Shown one piece after another: positions 24,403-32,000 of a stretch of 32,000 bases of DNA; positions within the stretch are counted from its first letter, which is position 1, and each line of letters opens with the position of its first letter. The DNA comes from Bacillus subtilis subsp. subtilis str. 168 (GTDB taxonomy: Bacteria > Bacillota > Bacilli > Bacillales > Bacillaceae): positions 1,470,001-1,502,000 of the forward strand of contig NC_000964.3 in assembly GCF_000009045.1 (NCBI RefSeq). Reading direction: 5' to 3'. A program made the translations under genes and the position numbers. Under the pieces are notes generated by a model. That model did no database searches. It was not told the origin of the DNA and worked only from the letters and a program-made list of their open reading frames with translations.

Positions 24403-25368
24403 TTATTGAGGTTTTTTCTGTGAAGGTTTGTTTTCTTTTTCAAGATTAAGCTTATACACCCACTTTTGATAAGGCTTTTCTTCAGCGGCTCTGTTTTTCA
24501 GCTCTTCGATTGTATGGCTCTTGGCCTGGTCTGATGATTGGGCGTGGGCAAGCTGTTTTTGAAGCACATGTATCTGTTTGGTGACATCTTCAAGGATAGT
24601 CTCTACATGATTTGGCTGCGCGTAGGCCGCTGGAGCTTCTTCTTCCGTTTTTTCTTTTTGTTTCGTGCCGCCATCAATATCGGCAAAATGAGAAGCAATC
24701 CAGGCATCGCTTTCATCAAGTTGCCGTTTATACGATATAATAGTTTCGTGAAATAATTTTTCTTTCGTTTTTTCTATGTCTAGCAGTCTTTCTTTCGTTT
24801 CTATGATTCGATCTTTCATATGATCAACTTCTATTTTAATATGTTTTAGCTGATATTCTTTTTCTACCATTTGCTCTTTTAGACGCCCGTTTTCGGCTTT
24901 TATCAATTCGGCTTGCTGTTTTGCCTGAAGCAGTGCATTTTGTTCCTGCTCAATTGAGGCTTGAAGTTCGCTGATCCGTTTATGAAGATTTTTATTTTCT
25001 TCTTCGATTTTGACTTTCGCAATATGAAGTTTATGTTTTTCTTCGATTTCGGCTCTGCGTTTATAGGTTTCAGCAGATAGAAGCTCCTGCAAAACAACGA
25101 TTTTATCAAGCAGTTCAGCTCTTATTTGGTGCAGGGTTTGGCTGGTGTGGGAGGCATGTTTTTCTTTTGTTGACATATGTGTTAATTCGGCAGACAGCTG
25201 CTGGAGTTTTTCTTTCATATCGGTATTTTCTTTGAGCAGTTTGTTATTTTTCTGATGAAAGTAGCTTGCTTCAAGTTCAGAAATCAGCTTATGGCACCTT
25301 GAAAGCTCGGATTTTAAATAAAGGTTCTCCTGAGACACGTCGTGGAAAAAAGGACCTGATCTTTTCAT
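24403..25368 (-). CDS. yknT: Long coiled-coil sporulation protein (SigE-controlled cse15)
   Basis: ATG at 25368 after AGGGAG gives 321 aa. E/K/Q/L-rich heptad-like sequence throughout. Confidence 0.85.
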   Translation of the reverse strand: MKRSGPFFHDVSQENLYLKSELSRCHKLISELEASYFHQKNNKLLKENTDMKEKLQQLSAELTHMSTKEKHASHTSQTLHQIRAELLDKIVVLQELLSAETYKRRAEIEEKHKLHIAKVKIEEENKNLHKRISELQASIEQEQNALLQAKQQAELIKAENGRLKEQMVEKEYQLKHIKIEVDHMKDRIIETKERLLDIEKTKEKLFHETIISYKRQLDESDAWIASHFADIDGGTKQKEKTEEEAPAAYAQPNHVETILEDVTKQIHVLQKQLAHAQSSDQAKSHTIEELKNRAAEEKPYQKWVYKLNLEKENKPSQKKPQ

Positions 25369-25504
25369 TCGAACCATCTCCCTCATGATGTTAACACTAC
25401 AATATGCAAATACTGAACAGCTATTCCTCTTTAATAAACAGACAAGCAGTAGCGTTGAGCCTTTGCTTTTGCTATGCTTTTAACGAAACTAGAGGTGAGA
25501 TGAT

Positions 25505-26104
25505 ATGAAGCATGTAAACGTACTGCTGGCAGGGGGAGCCTCACGTCGCTTTGGAGAACCGAAGGCGTTTGTCAAATGGAAGGGCAGGATGCTTTACGAA
25601 TGCGCTAAAGAGGCACTTGGAGAACAAACGGTTATCATCAGCCGTCCCGAATTTATTGATAGATTTCAAGAAAACGGTGAAAATGAAGTGTATCAAGATG
25701 CTGAGCCATTTCAAGGCATGGGGCCATTGGCTGGTATATATACCGCTTTTAAAAAGACAGACGGTGATCTTTATACTGTTCTTTCCTGTGACACACCGCT
25801 GATACAAAGAAGGACGATGCTGGAGCTCAAACGTCTGATGATTGCCGGTGCGGACGCGGTAGTCCCAATTTCAGACGGACAAGTGCAGCCATTGATTGCG
25901 ATTTACCACAAACGTATCATGCCAGTTCTATACGATCAGCTTTCTGAGAAGAGGTTGAGAATATCAGATTTATTAGGCAGAATTTCGGTTTGTTACGTAC
26001 AGGCTGAAAATATCGGAGCAAACCCGGCAGAGTTTATCAACATTAATACACGTGATGATTTTAGCTGTTTGGAAGAAAAATCGAACTCCCTCAAGCGGGA
26101 CTGA
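25505..26104 (+). CDS. mobA: Molybdenum cofactor guanylyltransferase
   Basis: 199-aa ORF with RBS AGAGGTGAG. N-terminal LAGGASRRFG nucleotide-binding motif. Confidence 0.9.
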   Translation: MKHVNVLLAGGASRRFGEPKAFVKWKGRMLYECAKEALGEQTVIISRPEFIDRFQENGENEVYQDAEPFQGMGPLAGIYTAFKKTDGDLYTVLSCDTPLIQRRTMLELKRLMIAGADAVVPISDGQVQPLIAIYHKRIMPVLYDQLSEKRLRISDLLGRISVCYVQAENIGANPAEFININTRDDFSCLEEKSNSLKRD

Positions 26105-26154
26105 CGGGGCAATAACATGATAAGATGACATAAAAGATAAGGAGAACAGGTTTG

Positions 26155-27174
26155 ATGGAGGAACGTTATTCACGGCAAATCAGATTTAAGCAAATTGGGG
26201 AAGAGGGCCAGAAAAGACTGGCAGACAGCCATGTGCTGATTGTCGGAGCGGGAGCGCTCGGCACTGCAGGAGCTGAAGGGCTTTCGAGAGCGGGAGTCGG
26301 TACGATTACCATTATTGACCGTGACTATGTGGAGTGGAGCAATCTTCAAAGGCAGCAGCTTTATACAGAAAGCGATGCCAAACTCCGCATGCCGAAAGCC
26401 ATGGCTGCCAAAGAGCATCTATCAGCGATTAACAGCGAGATACATATTGAGGCGTATGTTACCGAAGGAACAGCCGAAACGCTTGAGCCGCTGATTGAAA
26501 AAGCAGATGTCGTGATCGACGCGACAGATAATTTTGAAACCCGCATGCTGATAAACGATCTTGCCCAGAAAACAAAGACACCTTGGGTCTATGGCGCCTG
26601 TGTAAGCAGCCAGGGAATGTTCATGACTGTCATTCCCGGAGAAACCCCTTGTCTGTCTTGTTTGTTTGAGCAAATTCCTGTCGGCGGGGCGACGTGTGAT
26701 ACTGCCGGCATTATTCCGCCTGCTGTGCATATCGTTTCAGCATATCAGCAGGCTGAGGCATTAAAGCTGTTAACCGGCCAAAAAGAAGCAATACAGCGGG
26801 GGTTTGTGACATTTGATGTCTGGAACAATTCGCATATGAAGATTAACGTTAATCATGTACGCCGTGAGGAATGCCCATCTTGCGGAGCTAATGCGGTATA
26901 TCCTTATCTTCAGGATTGGAACACACCAAAAGCTGCTGTACTATGCGGCCGTGATACAGTGCAGGTAAGGTCAGAATCATTAAAAAGAATCCCGAAACAG
27001 GAGCTCATTAAGCGGCTGAAAACAATCGGCAAGGTCGAGGCTAATGCGTTTTTGCTGCATATTTTTTACGAGGATTTCAGAATTGTCATTTTCAATGACG
27101 GACGGGCACTGGTGCATGGAACAAATGATGTGAAAGAAGCCAACTCCGTGTTGGCAAGAGTGATTGGACTGTAA
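26155..27174 (+). CDS. moeB: Molybdopterin-synthase adenylyltransferase (ThiF/MoeB family)
   Basis: RYSRQ motif, GAGALG Rossmann loop and two CxxC pairs (CLSC, CPSC). Either ATG 26155 or the adjacent TTG 26152 could be the start. Confidence 0.9.
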
Positions 27175-27191
27175 CAACAGGAGGGGTCAGA

Positions 27192-28484
27192 ATGCTGGAG
27201 AAAAGAACACCGATACCGGTAGACGAGGCAGTTCGGCGTGTCTGCCATTTTCAAAAACAAGGTGAAACAGAATGGGTGGCGCTTGAAGACAGCCTTCATC
27301 GGTTTTTAGCCGAAGATATAACTGCGGATCACCACGTACCTGCGTTTGACCGTTCGCCATACGATGGTTTTGCTGTCAGAGCGTGCGATACGGCAGAAGC
27401 TTCACGTGAAAACCCAGTTCGGTTTGAAGTTATTGACCATATTGGAGCGGGAGCAGTATCTGAAAAAGAACTTGGCCCGTTTCAGGCCGTGCGGATTATG
27501 ACTGGCGCGCAAATCCCTGAAGGGGCAGATGCAGTCGTCATGATTGAACTGACTCAAGCCTTTGAGGAGAATGGGAAGTCATTTATGTCTTTAAAACGCC
27601 GCTTTCAGACGGGGGATAATATTTCAAAAACAGGTGAGGACGCTCAAAAAGGGAGTGTTTTACTGACAAAGGGCACCCGGGTGACACCAGGAGTGACGGC
27701 TCTTTTGGCAACATTCGGATACGCATCTGTGCCTGTCGTGAGAAAGCCTGTAGTCGGGATTATCGCAACCGGTACCGAATTGCTGAATGTCAGTGATCCG
27801 CTGGAACCGGGAAAAATCCGCAACAGCAATGCGAGTATGGTATATGCGCAAGCGATAGAAGCAGGCGCAACACCGCTTTATTTAGGGAAAATCTCTGATG
27901 AACTGGATAAAAGCTTTGCTGCAGTTAAAGAAGCGATGAAAAAGGTGGACTTCCTGATCACAACTGGCGGTGTGTCAGTCGGTGACTTTGACTTTTTGCC
28001 TGCGATCTATGAAAAACTCGGAGCGGACGTGCTGTTTAATAAAGTTGCCATGCGCCCGGGCAGCGTGACAACGGTGGCGCATGCAAACGATATGCTGCTG
28101 TTTGGCCTTTCAGGTAATCCGTCGGCATGCTATGTCGGTTTTGAACTGTTTGTCAAACCGATAATCCAGACATGGCTGCTCAATGAAACACCGCATTCAA
28201 TTTGTGCGGAAGCTGTTTTGACCAAGGATTTTCCGAAGCCGAACCCATTTACCCGATTTGTTCGTGCGCTCGTGCACCATCAGGAAGGGAAGCTGTTGGC
28301 GACACCCGTTGGCTTAGATAAGTCGAGCTCTGTCACATCACTTGCAGATGCCAATGCATTTATTATCCTGCCGGGCGGTACGCGAGGCTACGAATCTGGC
28401 AGAACGGTTCAAGTGCTGCTCATCAGAGAAGAGAATGGAAGTGAATGGCCTTGGTCCGTCCTTTCCCGATCGTCCAAGTTGTAG
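27192..28484 (+). CDS. moeA: Molybdopterin molybdenumtransferase
   Basis: 430-aa ORF with RBS AGGAGGGG. MoeA motifs (SPYDGFAV, TTGGVSVGDFD, PGNP-like SGNP). Confidence 0.93.
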   Translation: MLEKRTPIPVDEAVRRVCHFQKQGETEWVALEDSLHRFLAEDITADHHVPAFDRSPYDGFAVRACDTAEASRENPVRFEVIDHIGAGAVSEKELGPFQAVRIMTGAQIPEGADAVVMIELTQAFEENGKSFMSLKRRFQTGDNISKTGEDAQKGSVLLTKGTRVTPGVTALLATFGYASVPVVRKPVVGIIATGTELLNVSDPLEPGKIRNSNASMVYAQAIEAGATPLYLGKISDELDKSFAAVKEAMKKVDFLITTGGVSVGDFDFLPAIYEKLGADVLFNKVAMRPGSVTTVAHANDMLLFGLSGNPSACYVGFELFVKPIIQTWLLNETPHSICAEAVLTKDFPKPNPFTRFVRALVHHQEGKLLATPVGLDKSSSVTSLADANAFIILPGGTRGYESGRTVQVLLIREENGSEWPWSVLSRSSKL

Positions 28485-28966
28485 GATTTCAAAACAGCGG
28501 GAAAACAACGTTTATTGAGCGCATTCTTGAAAAAGCCTCTGAACAGGGAGTCCATTTGGGCTGCCTGAAGCACCATGGTCACGGCGGTGAACCGCAAACG
28601 CTCACGGAAGGAAAAGACACGGACCGTTACAAGGCGGCAGGTGCTGATGTAACAGCGGTAGAAGGTGCTGGTGTGTTACAGCTGACTGCCCGCCGCAATT
28701 GGGATTTGGCACGGCTGATTGAGTTATACCAATTTCTCGAAACAGACTGTCTTCTGATTGAAGGCTTTAAAAAAGCCCCTTATCCTAAAGTGGTTATCCT
28801 AAGTGAAAAGGAAGATCTGGAAGCGCTGCAAGCAGTAAATATAATCGCCATCATCTATAGAAAAAAAGAGCATATGACAGAGCATCAGGGATTACCCGTT
28901 TTTCATGCGGATGATCCGGTTGCCGTGGATTTTGTGCTTTCACAGCTGAAGGGGGAATCTGCATAA
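28445..28966 (+). CDS. mobB: Molybdopterin-guanine dinucleotide biosynthesis adapter MobB (P-loop)
   Basis: 173-aa ORF overlapping moeA by 40 nt. Walker A-like GFQNSGKTT. Confidence 0.88.
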   Translation: MALVRPFPIVQVVGFQNSGKTTFIERILEKASEQGVHLGCLKHHGHGGEPQTLTEGKDTDRYKAAGADVTAVEGAGVLQLTARRNWDLARLIELYQFLETDCLLIEGFKKAPYPKVVILSEKEDLEALQAVNIIAIIYRKKEHMTEHQGLPVFHADDPVAVDFVLSQLKGESA

Positions 28967-29439
28967 TGGAACGGTTTGAGATTACGAAAACACCCATTAA
29001 TACTGAAAACATCATCAAAAAAGTGGAGAAACGGGAAGCGGGAGCCATTACAACATTTATTGGTACGGTTCGGGAATGGACAAACGGAAAAAGAACGGTT
29101 CGGCTTGAATATGAGGCATATGAACCGATGGCCGTGCAAATGCTTGCTCAAATCGGCGCTGAAATCGAAGAAAAATGGGAAGGTGCCTCAGCTGCGATCA
29201 CGCACCGTATAGGTGTGCTCGATATCGGTGAAGCAGCGGTAGTGATTGCTGTATCTTCTCCCCATCGAAAAGCCGCATATGAAGCCAATGAGTATGCGAT
29301 TGAACGCATTAAACAGATTGTGCCGATTTGGAAAAAAGAAATTTGGGAAGACGGTGAGCAATGGATCGGCGACCAGCTAGAAACGACAGCTTATCCGAAC
29401 GGAAAACCAGACCTAAGCGAGGGAGAGCAGCATGATTAA
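28966..29439 (+). CDS. moaE: Molybdopterin synthase catalytic subunit
   Basis: 157-aa ORF. Its ATG overlaps the mobB stop (TAATG). RBS AAGGGGGA. Confidence 0.92.
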
Positions 29440-29665
29440 AATTCTTTTATTTGCAGGGCTTGCTGAACAGGCCGGTACACAAGCAATAGAAATAGATATG
29501 GAACAAGCAACCACAGATGAAATAAAAGCGAGTCTAAAAGAACAATACGGTCTTGAATCTATTGATACGGCTATGATTGCCGTTAACGAAAGCTATGTAA
29601 AAGAAAATACCTCTGTATCTTCGGGTGACACGGTAGCCATCATACCGCCGGTCAGCGGGGGATGA
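29432..29665 (+). CDS. moaD: Molybdopterin synthase sulfur-carrier subunit
   Basis: 77-aa ORF ending in the diagnostic C-terminal Gly-Gly (PPVSGG). Overlaps moaE by 8 nt. Confidence 0.9.
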
Positions 29666-29697
29666 AAACCGGACGGCATTTCAGCCGTCCGGTTTTT
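29666..29697 (+). terminator. Terminator of the molybdopterin operon
   Basis: AAACCGGACGGC-atttca-GCCGTCCGGTTT followed by TT. Confidence 0.9.
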
Positions 29698-29888
29698 CTG
29701 TATTTCATTGGCATATCCCCAAGTATCCTCAGCATACAATGATTTTCTGTAAGCGTTTATTCTACATATGTTACTCCCTATAAAGTAAGAGACTCACTCC
29801 ATAATTAGACTGAAATTTTGAAAAATAATAGAAATTTATTTCGGGTATCGATATAGTGAAGATGATAAATGTTGGAAAGGTGCTGGAT

Positions 29889-31646
29889 ATGGAGACATTT
29901 AAAAGATTAAAAATGTATTATTGGCCGTACAGAAAAGTGTTTATGTGGTCGCTTCTAGCCATGCTTTTGATGACTGCAATTACTGTCGTTTATCCGATTA
30001 TCCTGCAAATTACGATTGATGAGATCGTACTGGGACGGCAGTATCAGCTTGCGGCGTGGGTCAGCTTAGGATTTATTGCGGTGATGGTTTTGAAAGGAAT
30101 GGCTACCTTTTTTCATCAGTATTTAGGTGATATGTTCGGGATCAAATCCGTTTATCGGCTGAGAAATGGTCTGTATGAAAAACTGCAGCGGCTTTCTTTT
30201 TCTTACTATGATAACGCGAAAACAGGAGATTTGATGTCCAGGCTGACTGCTGATGTTGAAGGGCTTCGTTTTTTCTTATCATACGGTCTCGCTGAGCTCA
30301 TTCGCTTCGGCCTGCTGGTAGCCATCAGCCTGTCGGTTATGTTTTACTATTCTGTTCCTCTCACGCTTGTGACAATAGCTGTTCTGCCATTTCTCGCGGT
30401 TGCGGTATACCGGTTTGACAAAAGAGTCCATCCCGCCTTCAGAGGCATCCGCAAATCGTTTGCGAAACTCAATACAAAAGTTCAGGAAAATATCAGCGGC
30501 ATTAATACGGTTAAATCTCTTTCCAGGGAAGATTTTCAGATCAGCACTTTCAATAAAGCCAATGCAGAATACAGGGCGCAGTATTTACAAACATCATCCA
30601 TTTGGTCTGCGTATTTCCCTTTAATGGAGTTCATTGGTAACACTTGTATTGTAGCTCTTCTCTCATACGGCGGTTACTTGGTTATGCAAAATCAGCTCAA
30701 TCCCGGCGAGCTTGTTGCTTTCTTCAGCCTTGTCAATTATATGATGTGGCCCATTATGAACTTAGGTTTTGTCATCAATATGTTCTCTCAAGCAAAAGCG
30801 TCAGGGGAACGCCTGCTCGACATTCTGGAAAAAGAAGAAGACATTACAGATCATCCTCATGCTTTGCATAAACAAAAATTAACCGGAGATGTCCATTTCA
30901 AAAATGTTTCTCTTGCATACGGAAAAGAACAAACAAACGCGCTGTGCAATGTAAGCTTTGAGGCAAACAGCGGGAAGGTAATCGGACTGTTGGGCCCGAC
31001 AGGTTCAGGCAAAAGCTCAGTGACACAGCTTCTCACCAGATTTTACAGTCCTGTTGGCGGAATGATTACCATTGATCACAAACCCATCACAGATTATTCG
31101 TTAAAAACCCTTCGCTCCAATATCGGGGTCGTACTTCAAGAATCCTTCCTGTTTTCATCTACGATTAGATCAAATATTTCGTATGGGCGGCCGGATGCCT
31201 CAATGGAAGACGTCATCGAAGCGGCAAAAAGGGCGCAGGCTCATAACTTTATTATGGAGCTTCCTGATGGGTATGACACCATGCTGGGAGAGAGGGGAAT
31301 GGGGCTTTCCGGCGGGCAGAAACAGCGTATTGCCATTGCGAGAGCCATCTGCTTGAACCCGAGCATTTTAATATTGGATGATGCCACAAGCGCAGTAGAT
31401 ATGCAAACGGAGCACAGCATACAGCTTGCCTTAAAAGAAGTCATGAAAAACCGCACAACCTTTATCGTCGCTCACCGCATTTCTTCACTGAAACACGCTG
31501 ATGAAATTCTCGTTTTTAATAAAGGACGCATTCGTGAAAGGGGAACACATCATGAGCTTCTTGAAAAAGGCGGCTACTATAAAAAGATTTACGATTTGCA
31601 ATACCGTGATGTCAAAATGATTAATGAGCCGCATGAGGTCGGATAG
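29889..31646 (+). CDS. yknU: ABC transporter, fused permease/ATPase (exporter type)
   Basis: ATG at 29889 lies 6 nt after GGAAAGGTG and gives 585 aa. Six-TM domain, Walker A GPTGSGKSS, signature LSGGQKQR, Walker B ILILDDATS. Confidence 0.9.
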   Translation: METFKRLKMYYWPYRKVFMWSLLAMLLMTAITVVYPIILQITIDEIVLGRQYQLAAWVSLGFIAVMVLKGMATFFHQYLGDMFGIKSVYRLRNGLYEKLQRLSFSYYDNAKTGDLMSRLTADVEGLRFFLSYGLAELIRFGLLVAISLSVMFYYSVPLTLVTIAVLPFLAVAVYRFDKRVHPAFRGIRKSFAKLNTKVQENISGINTVKSLSREDFQISTFNKANAEYRAQYLQTSSIWSAYFPLMEFIGNTCIVALLSYGGYLVMQNQLNPGELVAFFSLVNYMMWPIMNLGFVINMFSQAKASGERLLDILEKEEDITDHPHALHKQKLTGDVHFKNVSLAYGKEQTNALCNVSFEANSGKVIGLLGPTGSGKSSVTQLLTRFYSPVGGMITIDHKPITDYSLKTLRSNIGVVLQESFLFSSTIRSNISYGRPDASMEDVIEAAKRAQAHNFIMELPDGYDTMLGERGMGLSGGQKQRIAIARAICLNPSILILDDATSAVDMQTEHSIQLALKEVMKNRTTFIVAHRISSLKHADEILVFNKGRIRERGTHHELLEKGGYYKKIYDLQYRDVKMINEPHEVG

Positions 31647-31657
31647 GGAGGGGCCAA

Positions 31658-32000
31658 ATGAAACAAGCGAAAAAACAGGGGGTTTTAGAGCGTTTCTATT
31701 ACTCTTCAGATGAAATCATTGAAAAGCCGTTTAACTGGGCTCAAATGTGGCGGCTGCTGAGCTATGTCAAACCATATCGAAAAACAATTTTGCCGCTTTC
31801 TTTTCTCACTGTATTGATTGGCACTGCTGTGAAGCTTGTGATCCCCATTTTGATCGGCGTTTATGTTCTTGATCAAGCGATTACAGGGAGAAACTCGGAG
31901 CTGCTGATTCAGCTCATTTTTATTATTAGCGGTTTATATGTCCTCAATTACGCCGCCAATGTGTTAAGAATCAGGTGGATGAATCAGCTTGGCCAGCATG
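31658..32000 (+). CDS. yknV: ABC transporter, fused permease/ATPase, 5' partial (runs off the window)
   Basis: ATG at 31658 lies 5 nt after GGGAGGGG. The frame stays open to the window end (MKQAKKQGVLERFYYSS...). It is not in the ORF track because no stop is reached. Confidence 0.85.
   Translation, partial: MKQAKKQGVLERFYYSSDEIIEKPFNWAQMWRLLSYVKPYRKTILPLSFLTVLIGTAVKLVIPILIGVYVLDQAITGRNSELLIQLIFIISGLYVLNYAANVLRIRWMNQLGQH

Noticed and set aside
1-32000. Looked for CRISPR repeats, tRNA/rRNA genes, IS elements or inverted terminal repeats, integrases and canonical defence genes (restriction-modification, Abi, CBASS and similar)
   Set aside because: None was seen by eye. All long ORFs are accounted for by recognisable housekeeping or y-genes, and no regularly spaced direct repeats were found.

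Overview
The window reads as a contiguous, syntenic block of a Bacillus subtilis 168-type chromosome running from kinA to the 5' part of yknV. This identification rests on my recognition of the protein sequences and gene order, not on a database search.

Gene order: kinA, patA, an unannotated-looking 53-codon ORF, cheV, ykyB, ykuC, ykuD, ykuE, fadH, ykuG (split), ykuH, ykuI, the Fur-regulated sRNA fsrA, ykuJ, ykuK, abbA, ykuL/darB, ccpC, the ykuN-ykuO-ykuP flavodoxin operon, dapH, dapL, ykuS, ykuT, ykuU/ahpA, ykuV, rok, yknT, mobA-moeB-moeA-mobB-moaE-moaD, yknU, yknV.

I saw no rRNA, tRNA, CRISPR array, transposase, integrase or recognisable defence-system gene.

Regulatory sites visible in the sequence:
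- three Fur boxes: one at fsrA and two at ykuN
- a perfect FadR-type palindrome in front of fadH
- a SigB promoter for ykuT
- a near-consensus SigA promoter for ahpA
- a Spo0A box upstream of abbA
- a CcpC-type ATAA-N7-TTAT dyad upstream of ccpC
- a SigD-type -10 element upstream of cheV
- many clear rho-independent terminators

Most of the window is ordinary core chromosome. The one compositional and structural outlier is an A+T-rich segment of about 3.4 kb (roughly 8.84-12.25 kb). It carries ykuG, a large cell-wall-binding, glycoside-hydrolase-like gene with no signal peptide that is broken into two overlapping reading frames. It also carries ykuH, a separately transcribed bitopic membrane protein. 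This is my best candidate for an uncharacterised two-component system (toxin/immunity-like or lysis-cassette-like). That reading is inference, not demonstration.

Secondary points of interest:
- the Asp-box beta-propeller gene ykuO, nested between two flavodoxin genes
- about 470 nt of unassigned sequence between fsrA and ykuJ
- a 12-bp perfect intercistronic hairpin between dapH and dapL
- the 53-codon ORF, which has its own terminator
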